The notes: generated by a model from the letters alone, not told the origin. 15,422 nt of DNA from Candidatus Methylomirabilis sp. (GCA_041498975.1 JBGQJI010000053.1:1-15422); one strand, 5' to 3'; positions 1 through 7,434 are shown, counted from the stretch's first letter. Numbers and translations are program-made.

Positions 1-952
1 AATAGGTGATCTCCCCGTCGCTCTTCACGAGAACGCGGTCTTTGTCGTCGCCAAAGGCGGTGGAGCGAAACCAGAGCGCTCCCTCCTGCTCGTACAGGAT
101 ACCTCGCGCTCTCAATGCCTCAATCGCCCGCTCTGGCTCGCCGCGTTCCCGGAGGGCACGTTCGCTGAACCAATTGTCAAAGGTGACCCCGTACGCCTCG
201 AGCGCCGCCCGCTGCCAGCCGAGGATCCGCTCGACCGCAAAGCGGCCCAATCGCTCCCGGCGCTCCCGTTCCGGGGCGCTCAGCGCCTCTTGCCCCTGCG
301 TCTTCAGAAACTCGCGCGCAAGCTCGATCAGGTATTCGCCGGGGTAGGCCTCCTCGGGCATCGGGCACTCCTCGCCCAGGAGCTGCCGACAGCGCACCTC
401 CATGGCCAAGGCGAGGGTTCGGAACTGGTTTCCGGCATCGTTCACATAGTACTCGCGGTACGGTCGATACCCCACCGCCTCCAGGAGGCGGACGATGGCG
501 TCACCCACGGCTGCGGCCCTGGCGCTGACGACGACTAGCGGGCCGGTCGGATTCGCGCTGACGAACTCCACGAGCACCCGGTGCCCCCCGCCGACATCAG
601 CCCTCCCGTACGTGGACCCCGCCTTCAGGATCCCCTGAACCACGCCCCGCCAAAACGCCTTCGCGACAAAAAAGTTGAGGTAGCCCGCCCCGGCCACCTC
701 CACGCGATCAACCAGATCGTGCGGGAGTTGCGCGCAGGCGGCAACCTGTTCGGCAAGCTCGTGCGGCCTGCGTTTCAGCGCCTTCGCAAGGCCGAAGGCC
801 AATGTGGTCGAGAGGTCACCGAAGGCCGCGTCGGGAGGATATTCCCACGAAACCTCCGTGGGCACAATCGGAGGCAGGCCGGTTTCGAAGCCAGCCTTCT
901 GCACGGCGGCGAGCAGCGCGCCTGCCAAGTCAGCTTTCAGGCGGGCGATCAT
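1..952 (-). CDS. argS: Arginyl-tRNA synthetase, N-terminal ~317 aa (runs off the left edge; not in the ORF track)
   Basis: Manual translation from ATG at 952: MIARLKADLAG...FGDLSTTLAF...EVAGAGYLNFF...VEFVSANPTGPL...GDAIVRLL...EYYVNDAGNQ...YPGEYL...GALWFRSTAFGDDKDRVLVKSDGEITY, all diagnostic ArgRS segments. Confidence 0.96.
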   Translation of the reverse strand, partial: MIARLKADLAGALLAAVQKAGFETGLPPIVPTEVSWEYPPDAAFGDLSTTLAFGLAKALKRRPHELAEQVAACAQLPHDLVDRVEVAGAGYLNFFVAKAFWRGVVQGILKAGSTYGRADVGGGHRVLVEFVSANPTGPLVVVSARAAAVGDAIVRLLEAVGYRPYREYYVNDAGNQFRTLALAMEVRCRQLLGEECPMPEEAYPGEYLIELAREFLKTQGQEALSAPERERRERLGRFAVERILGWQRAALEAYGVTFDNWFSERALRERGEPERAIEALRARGILYEQEGALWFRSTAFGDDKDRVLVKSDGEITY

Positions 953-969
953 GTGGCCAGCGATTTCTC

Positions 970-1018
970 TTGCATTCCGACATCAACCTTTTATAATGCC
1001 CCACCAGACACGATCCAA
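970..1018. promoter_or_regulatory. Overlapping divergent sigma70-like promoters (small protein on +, argS on -)
   Basis: Plus strand: TTGCAT(970-975)-16 nt-TATAAT(992-997). Minus strand: TTGGAT(1018-1013)-17 nt-TATAAA(995-990). AT-rich island in GC-rich DNA. Confidence 0.6.
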
Positions 1019-1038
1019 TTCCTCGTGGAGAGACCACA

Positions 1039-1275
1039 GTGCGAGAGAAAGACCGAGAGCTCAGACGCAGGCAGAAACGGCGTGAGGAGGCCAGAAAGGC
1101 CAGGCACAGGGCTGCGTTGGCATCCAGGCCTGCCCCGCGGCCTCCGTCGGAAAAGCCGAAGCCAAAGAAACGAGCGGAGCCCGCGGCAGCAGAAAAGCGG
1201 CCCAAACCCAAGACCGCGGTATCCACGCCTGCGGCAAGCCCGCCCCCAGGGGAGACCCCGCCCCAGTCGAAGTGA
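1039..1275 (+). CDS. Small basic protein (78 aa) with an Arg/Lys-rich helical N-terminus and Pro/Lys/Ala-rich tail; N-terminus reminiscent of DUF6800
   Basis: GGAG SD upstream of GTG 1039, a good promoter upstream, and it fills the gap between argS and the phosphomutase. MREKDRELRRRQKRREE resembles the ERxRELRRRRxR start of DUF6800 proteins (recollection, unverified). Confidence 0.6.
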   Translation: MREKDRELRRRQKRREEARKARHRAALASRPAPRPPSEKPKPKKRAEPAAAEKRPKPKTAVSTPAASPPPGETPPQSK

Positions 1276-1292
1276 GCGACCACGCGAAAGGC

Positions 1293-1329
1293 TTGGTATG
1301 TGGCCGACCATCAGGGTCGCCCTCACCAA
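1293..1329. repeat. Degenerate REP-like palindrome / possible terminator hairpin
   Basis: TTGGT...CGACC-atcag-GGTCG...ACCAA inverted repeat just after the small-protein stop; resembles the GTAG-type element at 7435-7463. Confidence 0.4.
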
Positions 1330-1369
1330 TAGCCTTTTCCCCATCGGGACGAGCGCGTTGGTTTGTGCT

Positions 1370-1407
1370 TCCTCACTCTTGAGGGAGAGCGCCGGGGTGA
1401 GGGTGTT
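1370..1407 (-). repeat. CCCTCACCCC/CTCTCCC-type intergenic palindromic repeat, copy 1
   Basis: Reverse complement aacaccctcaccccggcgctctccctcaagagtgagga matches 8914-8951 at 29/38 positions. Confidence 0.6.
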
Positions 1408-1422
1408 GAGCCCGCTTGTGGA

Positions 1423-2901
1423 TCACCCAGGCTGAGGCAGCTTGCACACCCTGGCCGCGTACGCTTTCCCCCAATCGAGCAACCGGGAGACCTGATCGAC
1501 GGTCTGCGCCTCGGCGTAAAGGCGAAGTACCGGCTCGGTCCCTGATGGCCGCATCAAAAGCCAGCTTCCATCCTCGGCGACCAACTTCACCCCGTCCAAG
1601 GTCTGAACCTCTTTCACGTGCAGGCCCTCGAAACCGGCCGGCGGTTCGGCGCCGATTCGCCTGCCGACCTCCAACGCCTCTTCTACCCCGGCCAGCTTCA
1701 GGTCCAGGCGCCGATAGAAATGCGGCCCAACCTCGGCTTCCAACCCCTTGAGGAGCGCAGCTAGCGTCTTCTCCTCGGTCGCGAGAGCCTCCAGCAGCAG
1801 CAAAGCGCTTAGGATTCCATCCCGCTCAGGAATATGACCGGCAACCCCGATTCCGCCGCTCTCCTCTCCCCCGATCAGGAACGGCTCCTCCCGAATGACC
1901 TCGGCAATGTGCTTGAACCCGATCGGGGTCACCGTAAGCGGCAGGCCGTAGGTGGCCGCTAACCGGTCAATCATCATGGTGGTGGAGAACGTCTTGACCA
2001 CCATCCCGGCAAGGCCTCGCCTGGTCACCAGGTGCCGCAACAGCAGTGCAAAGATCTGGTGCGGGGTGACGTAGGAGCCGTTCTCATCGATCGCGGCCAG
2101 GCGATCGCCGTCACCGTCAAACGCCAGCCCGATCGTCCTCGAATCGCCCAGGGCCTTCATCCCTGCCACCAGCTCGCCGAGGTGCCCGGGCAGCGGCTCC
2201 GGGGGCACTCCCCCGAACCATGGGTTGACCTCTCCATGGATCTCCTCGACATCCAGCCCGAAGTCCCGAAGCAGAGTCGCCACAAAGCCCTGGGTCGCCC
2301 CGTACATCGGGTCGATGATCACGTGAATGCGCGACCGGGTGATACGCTCCACGTTGACCAGGGCGCGCAGCCGCTCACAATACTGCGGAAGGGGATCGAA
2401 CGGCCCGATCGCGCCTCCGGCTGTGGGGGGCACACGGGAAGGAACGGCTTCATGCCGAACGTCGGGATCGCCGGCGTTGCGCCGCACCTCTGCCTCGATC
2501 TGGTCCGTCAATCTCGCCGTCGCCGGGCCGCCGTCGGCCATGCGGACCTTCAGCCCGTTATAGCTGGGAGGATTGTGGCTCGCGGTGATCATCAGGCCGC
2601 CCTGCGCGGCGAGAAGAGGGACAGACCATGCCAAAACCGGGGTGGGAACGTGGGAAGCCGTCACGCAAACGTCTAGGCCTTCGGCGGCAAGGACCTCGGC
2701 CGCTTCGAGCGCAAACAGAGGGGATAGGAAGCGCGTATCGTGGCCGACGGCGAATAGCGGCCGGTGGCGATCAGGATGGATGGCCTGGAAGGCCGCCGCG
2801 ATGGCCCTGGCAGCCAGTCGAACGCCATCAAAGGTGAAGTCCCTGGCAATGACCCCGCGCCATCCGTCCGTCCCGAACCGGATCTGCAGCGGCGCAGGCA
2901 T
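1423..2901 (-). CDS. Phosphoglucomutase/phosphomannomutase family alpha-D-phosphohexomutase
   Basis: FGTDGWRG, GHDTR, phospho-Ser motif TASHNP, metal loop FDGDGDR, sugar loop GGEESGG, RPSGTEP. Confidence 0.95.
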   Translation of the reverse strand: MPAPLQIRFGTDGWRGVIARDFTFDGVRLAARAIAAAFQAIHPDRHRPLFAVGHDTRFLSPLFALEAAEVLAAEGLDVCVTASHVPTPVLAWSVPLLAAQGGLMITASHNPPSYNGLKVRMADGGPATARLTDQIEAEVRRNAGDPDVRHEAVPSRVPPTAGGAIGPFDPLPQYCERLRALVNVERITRSRIHVIIDPMYGATQGFVATLLRDFGLDVEEIHGEVNPWFGGVPPEPLPGHLGELVAGMKALGDSRTIGLAFDGDGDRLAAIDENGSYVTPHQIFALLLRHLVTRRGLAGMVVKTFSTTMMIDRLAATYGLPLTVTPIGFKHIAEVIREEPFLIGGEESGGIGVAGHIPERDGILSALLLLEALATEEKTLAALLKGLEAEVGPHFYRRLDLKLAGVEEALEVGRRIGAEPPAGFEGLHVKEVQTLDGVKLVAEDGSWLLMRPSGTEPVLRLYAEAQTVDQVSRLLDWGKAYAARVCKLPQPG

Positions 2902-2938
2902 CAGGGAAAGGGGCGCGGTGACGCTGGGCGGCTCGGCA

Positions 2939-3277
2939 TCATTTCACTAATGGATAGCCTTGCTTCCACCAGGCGATGGTCCCACCTTCCAGGTTGTAGA
3001 GCTGTGTCCTGCCGATAGCGGCCGCGACCTCGCAGGCCACTGCGCTCCGCACCCCCTCAGCGCACACGAAAATGATGCCGTCCTGCAGCAGCAGCTCCCG
3101 AGGACGGTTCATGAGTGTACCAAGGGGGATGTGCACAGCGTTGGGGATATGTCCCTGGCTCCACTCCGCCGGCTCGCGTACGTCAACCACAACCACGCCG
3201 CCCTTCTCAATCATCTGCTTGGCCGTCTCGGCGCCGATACGCTCGAACGGGTCCCGAACGTCCTGTTTCGACTCCAT
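2939..3277 (-). CDS. Single-domain rhodanese-like sulfurtransferase (112 aa)
   Basis: VDVREPAEW..GHIPNAVHIPL, active loop CAEGVRS, NLEGGTIAW. Start set at ATG 3277 behind the AGGAGG SD. Confidence 0.92.
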   Translation of the reverse strand: MESKQDVRDPFERIGAETAKQMIEKGGVVVVDVREPAEWSQGHIPNAVHIPLGTLMNRPRELLLQDGIIFVCAEGVRSAVACEVAAAIGRTQLYNLEGGTIAWWKQGYPLVK

Positions 3278-3362
3278 CGTTTTCCTCCTGAACACCCACC
3301 GGTACAACTCCCCCCTCAAAGCGCGGGAGGTATCAAGATTTCGCGCATTCAATCGTCCCGTC

Positions 3363-3392
3363 ATCATAGCCCACATTGCCGCTGCCCTTCAA
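3363..3392 (-). promoter_or_regulatory. Putative sigma70 promoter of the rhodanese-phosphomutase operon
   Basis: TTGAAG(3392-3387)-18 nt-TATGAT(3368-3363). Confidence 0.5.
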
Positions 3393-3416
3393 GAACGATC
3401 TGACACCCCAAATCAG

Positions 3417-3597
3417 GAGATCGCTTGTCATTGCCCCGGAAGGCCCCCCCGCTAGTGTCATTGCGAGGAGCGAGACCCCTCGCCTGTCACTTCGACAGGC
3501 TCAGTGCGCAGCCTGAGCTGAGTCGAAGGGCCTGCGCTGAGCTCTGTCGAAGCGGGCCTGTCATTGCGAGGCCGACAACGTCGGCCGAAGCAATCTC
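3417..3597. repeat. Composite cluster of short palindromic (REP-like) repeats
   Basis: TGTCATTGC at 3426, 3456 and 3559 (TGTCATTGCGAGG in the last two). CTTCGACAGGCTCAG 3490-3504 is near-complementary to CTGAGC..GTCGAAG at 3513-3528 and 3537-3552. The ends GAGATCGCTT and AAGCAATCTC are imperfect inverted repeats. Confidence 0.75.
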
Positions 3598-3680
3598 GCC
3601 GTATTTTCTCGATGATCAGCAGCTTTCTCACGCGATCAGCTCATGAAGAAGCGCGAGATCACGATTGGTGTCCAAGAGTC

Positions 3681-3710
3681 TTGACGGCTAAGAAAGGGGG
3701 ATCGTACGAT
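3681..3710 (+). promoter_or_regulatory. Putative sigma70 promoter
   Basis: TTGACG(3681-3686)-18 nt-TACGAT(3705-3710). Confidence 0.45.
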
Positions 3711-3745
3711 GTGTTACAAGGTGAACATCAAGGAGAGGAAAAGAG

Positions 3746-3826
3746 ATGGCCTTTAAGATTCCGAAGCGAGGCGATGAAGCGCCTATCGGGGCTACTGAAA
3801 GCCTTGCAGGTGCTCGCGATGACTAG
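3746..3826 (+). CDS. Possible 26-aa small ORF or gene remnant (MAFKIPKRGDEAPIGATESLAGARDD)
   Basis: Purine-rich SD (AAGGAGAGGAAAAGAG) directly before the ATG, with a promoter upstream. No recognisable domain. Confidence 0.3.
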   Translation: MAFKIPKRGDEAPIGATESLAGARDD

Positions 3827-3854
3827 CTGGAAGGTTGTCTGATGTGGCCGGTCG

Positions 3855-4925
3855 TCACTCTTCCAGGAAGGCCTGGACGCCCCGATAAAGCTGGAGGCGA
3901 TTTTTCTCCAGGAGGGCGTAATGGGTGGAGTCCCCGATGTCCAGACGTCGTTTGTACGGCGCTGAGGTGAGCTTCTGGAGGAGATCATCGGCCGCTTCGC
4001 TGCTGATCATCTCCTCGCTGCTCCCCCGAACGATCATGGTCGGAACCTTGATCTTCGCAGGGTCGAACAACGATCGGCCCGCATGGATCTCATGCCAATC
4101 GATGTACGGGCCGTTCGGGAGCTGGATCGATTCCGGCGTCCGCTGCTTCGCCGTCGGGTCGGAGGCGAAGACCGCATCGATCCAGGCATCCATCACCTCC
4201 TTCTCTCGCCAGCCGTCCCGGAGCTCCGGCTTGATCCACCCGTCCCAGGTGTCCAGCAACTCACCGCGGGGGACATAGCGGTACGCCCCCATCTCATAGT
4301 AGGGCCGGTCCGGGTTCGTGGGGTCGCCGAACGCTTTGAGAAAGGTGGGGTTCTTTCCGTACACCGCCCCATACATGACCAGCTTGTTCACCTTCTCCGG
4401 GTGCAGCGTCGAATAGAGGGCGCACCACGAGGCGCCGATCGAGAATCCGATGAGGTTGACCCTGTCCACCTTTCGTTTGGAGCGGATGTAATCGACGGCC
4501 GCATCGATGTCCCGCATCACTTGATCTGCGCGGACGAGCGGGAGGTTCTGGTCGCGCGGGTCCTTCATCTCGGGTGGCCTGGTCGAGCGTCCGAACCCCC
4601 TGATATCCAGGGTGAACGCATCAAAGCCACGTTCGGCCACATAGTCCACCCATGAGTACCCGGGAACGGCAAGGTCAAAGATGACGGAGGCAGGGCTTGG
4701 AAGACCGTGGACGAAGAGGACCACATTGTCCCTGGTGATCTTTGGCAGGTTCGCCAGTCGCTTCTCCCGAACGAACAGCTTGATCCCCTGGTCCCTTCCC
4801 TGCACCAGGAAGTCCTCTTTGATGACGACGTTCTCCTGCTCCGCCGCGACCACGGCCGACGCGCCCGTGATGATGACGGCGACCGCCGTCCACCAGGCCA
4901 CGCCGATTCGCGACCACTGACCCAT
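3855..4925 (-). CDS. Secreted alpha/beta-fold hydrolase
   Basis: Signal-peptide-like N-terminus (…ASAVVAA), LFVHG oxyanion motif, LDIRGFGRS, nucleophile elbow GFSIG, C-terminal His (DSTHY). AAAGGAG SD before the ATG. Confidence 0.9.
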   Translation of the reverse strand: MGQWSRIGVAWWTAVAVIITGASAVVAAEQENVVIKEDFLVQGRDQGIKLFVREKRLANLPKITRDNVVLFVHGLPSPASVIFDLAVPGYSWVDYVAERGFDAFTLDIRGFGRSTRPPEMKDPRDQNLPLVRADQVMRDIDAAVDYIRSKRKVDRVNLIGFSIGASWCALYSTLHPEKVNKLVMYGAVYGKNPTFLKAFGDPTNPDRPYYEMGAYRYVPRGELLDTWDGWIKPELRDGWREKEVMDAWIDAVFASDPTAKQRTPESIQLPNGPYIDWHEIHAGRSLFDPAKIKVPTMIVRGSSEEMISSEAADDLLQKLTSAPYKRRLDIGDSTHYALLEKNRLQLYRGVQAFLEE

Positions 4926-5150
4926 CCTGTGCTCCTTTCTCCGCGGATCACGCCCGAGGACGAACTATTGCGACTACACAACAGAATGGCAACAATACTT
5001 CATCTACCGCATGTGGTGTAGTATATGGCCACGCAAAGCACGGGTGTCAACTTCTTTTCGCGCTGACACACCGAGGGCAGCCATCGGGCCGATATTTCAA
5101 GCTATACCCTCCGACCGTTCTACAGTATGATGGCCGAGGAAGGAGGGGCG

Positions 5151-6320
5151 ATGGGCCTTGCAAGGCTGGCGATCTTGAGCCTCATGGCGGCATCGGTTGG
5201 ATACTGGCTGCTCTGCCTCCTCGGCGCGCTGAAATTCCTCTCAAAGCGGCCCACAGAGCGTCCGGAGGGCGCGCCGCCGGTAACGATCCTGAAGCCTGTC
5301 AGGGGCCTGGACCCGGACCTTGCAGAGAACTGCCGCGGCTTTTGCCGCCAGGACTATCCGGCCTACGAGGTGATCTTCGGCGTGGCCGACCCTCAGGACC
5401 CTGCGATGCCGGTGCTACAGCGCGTCCTGCAGGAATCGCCCGGCGGCCGGCACCGGCTCGTAATCGGGCCTGAGAGCTATGGGCCGAACCGCAAGATCAG
5501 CCTGCTGCAGCAGATGCTTCCCTTTGCGACCCACGAGATCGTGATCATCAGCGACAGCGACGTCAGCGTCGGACCCGACTATCTGCGCCACATCGCCCCA
5601 CCGTTCCTCGATCCGACGGTCGGCCTGGTCACCTGCCTCTATCGCGGAGACGGCGCAGAGGGCTTCGCCGCTCGCCTCGAGGAATGGGCCATCGACGCCG
5701 CCTTCGCGCCGTCTGTGATGGCCGCCTATGCGGTTGAAGGAGTCGCCTTCGCATTCGGCTCCACCCTCGCCCTCCGCCGCAGCATCGTGGAGAAGGCCGG
5801 CGGCTTCACCCCGTTTGCCGACCTCCTGGCAGACGACTACCACCTGGCCCTGGAAGCCCGGCGACAGGGGTATCGGCTGCTCCTCTCCGACTACCCTGTT
5901 GCCTGTGTCCTGGGGCGGCCACGGTTCTCCGAGGTATTCGGCCGCCTCGTCCGCTGGACCAGGACCAACCGTGCCTCCCGACCAATCGGCTACCTCCTCT
6001 CCGGGATCAGCCATGGCACGATCTTCTCAGTGCTCTTCCTGTTCCTCGACCGCTTCTCGGCCACAGCCCTGACCGCCGCCGCTGCCACGATCGGGGTCAG
6101 GGCTGCCGCAGCGTATGTCGTTGATGCCTTCATCCTCAAGTCCCGACATGCCGCCGCTCACCTGATGCTCTTGCTGCCTGGGGATCTCGTGAGCTTTCTC
6201 GCGTGGGCTCTGAGCTTTACAGGAAAACGAATCCGCTGGCGCGGCACCCTCTACCGGATCGGCGATGGCGGCCGGCTGATCGAGCTGCGCGAGGCCGAAC
6301 CTTCCTGCAGGTCCCGGTAG
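5151..6320 (+). CDS. hpnI: Hopanoid biosynthesis-associated glycosyltransferase (GT2/GT21, ceramide glucosyltransferase-like)
   Basis: N-terminal TM helix, ILKPVRG, NRKI, SDSD (DxD), LADDY, RLVRW, C-terminal TM helices and WRG. Adjacent to hpnK and hpnD. Start at ATG 5151 behind AGGAGG. Confidence 0.85.
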   Translation: MGLARLAILSLMAASVGYWLLCLLGALKFLSKRPTERPEGAPPVTILKPVRGLDPDLAENCRGFCRQDYPAYEVIFGVADPQDPAMPVLQRVLQESPGGRHRLVIGPESYGPNRKISLLQQMLPFATHEIVIISDSDVSVGPDYLRHIAPPFLDPTVGLVTCLYRGDGAEGFAARLEEWAIDAAFAPSVMAAYAVEGVAFAFGSTLALRRSIVEKAGGFTPFADLLADDYHLALEARRQGYRLLLSDYPVACVLGRPRFSEVFGRLVRWTRTNRASRPIGYLLSGISHGTIFSVLFLFLDRFSATALTAAAATIGVRAAAAYVVDAFILKSRHAAAHLMLLLPGDLVSFLAWALSFTGKRIRWRGTLYRIGDGGRLIELREAEPSCRSR

Positions 6321-7156
6321 GAGGTCAACACGATCCCTTGAGCCGCCACCCCCTTCAGCACGCGTTCACTCGTCAGGGCCTCGAGCTCCTGGCGGTGCCG
6401 ATAAGTCGGGGTCCAACGCTCAAGCTGCGGACAGGGGGGCAGACCCACATGACAGTACCACTCGACCAGCCCGTCTCGAATCCTGGGCAAGAGGCCCAGC
6501 AGGAAGGCCTCGTTCATGTCACCGCTTTGAAGCAGCCCATAGACGCGGTCGGGCGCGCGGATCCCCGCCCTTGCAAGTCGTCCCTTGGCGTACCGGGACA
6601 ATAATCCGAAGATGACGGCATGAGACAGCTTATAGCCGAGTCGCTTTGTATCCAGGGCCAGAGTCGATCGAAGGTCGTCGAGCGGGAGGCGCATGGCGTG
6701 AATGCGATACTGGCTCGCCAGCTCCAGGAGGATCGTGAGGACGGTCGGGTGGAGGTGAAGGTTCAAGTGTCCATCCAGGTGCGAAAGGACAAGGCCGGTG
6801 GCAGCAAATGCGGCGAGCTGGGCCTCGATCTCGCGGCGCAGTTGGCCCAGGAGTGATCTGACGAAGAAATACCGGAAGCCGGCGCGAACCGGGCTCCTGC
6901 AGAAGTTTCCTTCGGCATCCACGAGACCTGGAATCCGGTGGGGGGCGAGCGTCGCACGGCCCTGGCACAGAACAAGGTGCAGCCCGACGGCGAGCGTCGG
7001 GTGCGCCTTGGCCAGCGCGACTGCCTCTGCGGCGGCGGACCCGTTCACCATCAGGCTCGCGCTCGTGAGCAGGCCATGCTCGTGGGCTTTTAAGATCGCC
7101 TGGTTGACCGCCGGCGACAGCCCGAAATCATCCCCCGTCACAATCAGACGTTTCAT
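6251..7156 (-). CDS. hpnK: Hopanoid biosynthesis-associated deacetylase (YdjC/ChbG family)
   Basis: MKRLIVTGDDFG, ASLMV, VGLHLVL, EIEAQL..F, HLDGHLNLHLHP, GLLQSG.M, EWYCH. Hopanoid gene context. Confidence 0.88.
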   Translation of the reverse strand: MKRLIVTGDDFGLSPAVNQAILKAHEHGLLTSASLMVNGSAAAEAVALAKAHPTLAVGLHLVLCQGRATLAPHRIPGLVDAEGNFCRSPVRAGFRYFFVRSLLGQLRREIEAQLAAFAATGLVLSHLDGHLNLHLHPTVLTILLELASQYRIHAMRLPLDDLRSTLALDTKRLGYKLSHAVIFGLLSRYAKGRLARAGIRAPDRVYGLLQSGDMNEAFLLGLLPRIRDGLVEWYCHVGLPPCPQLERWTPTYRHRQELEALTSERVLKGVAAQGIVLTSYRDLQEGSASRSSISRPPSPIR

Positions 7157-7184
7157 GTCCCCATCATCTCCACCCAAAACAATG

Positions 7185-7234
7185 AACCCGAGCAGGGCCT
7201 CTGCGCCTTCAGCAGATCAACCCTCGCCCGGGCT
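7185..7234 (-). terminator. Long RNA hairpin upstream of the hpnK RBS (terminator or attenuator candidate)
   Basis: Minus strand pairs AGCCCGGGC/GCTCGGGTT, AGGGTT/GGCCCT and TCTGC/GCAGA. The G-U pairs work only on this strand. Followed by CATTGTTTT. Confidence 0.45.
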
Positions 7235-7249
7235 TTTGATGCCTCTCAG

Positions 7250-7339
7250 TCATTGCCGGGCCAGCTTCTTCAATTCAGCGCTCGAACATACCGGAATCAA
7301 CCTCGGATGTCGCCGATCGAGCAGCAATTCGTCATCCAC
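7250..7339 (-). CDS. Possible 29-aa leader or small protein (MDDELLLDRRHPRLIPVCSSAELKKLARQ)
   Basis: GGAGG SD 7 nt before GTG 7339; lies between a promoter and the hairpin preceding hpnK. Confidence 0.4.
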   Translation of the reverse strand: MDDELLLDRRHPRLIPVCSSAELKKLARQ

Positions 7340-7392
7340 ACGACATCCTCCTCTCCTGAGGAGGCAATGCTCGGAGGCTCAGGATGGTCTGC

Positions 7393-7422
7393 AGCGTACA
7401 CGAAGGGATTCGCGCCTGTCAA
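7393..7422 (-). promoter_or_regulatory. Putative sigma70 promoter for the small ORF and hpnK
   Basis: TTGACA(7422-7417)-18 nt-TACGCT(7398-7393). Confidence 0.55.
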
Positions 7423-7434
7423 TCGTAAAGCCGG

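Noticed and set aside
581..1435. 284-aa plus-strand ORF and other long antisense ORFs (2032-2676, 9478-10083, 10812-11465, 12889-13830, 13748-14488, 14994-15416)
   Set aside because: Shadow frames of well-supported genes in GC-rich DNA, with no motifs or RBS.
2939..3277. Rhodanese as a selenoprotein or Se carrier for the nearby selenoproteins
   Set aside because: The active site is an ordinary Cys codon, and it lies in a separate transcription unit more than 5 kb away.
3417..3597. CRISPR array or tRNA in the repeat cluster
   Set aside because: Repeats are short, irregularly spaced and of mixed families; no cas genes and no cloverleaf or TTCRA arm context.
5940..5960. HpnI QxxRW motif reads RLVRW
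   Set aside because: This position varies among GT21/HpnI-type enzymes and the other motifs are intact; not enough to claim altered function.
7250..7252. Sec readthrough of the leader-ORF TGA
   Set aside because: Another in-frame TGA follows after 10 codons, and there is no redox motif context.
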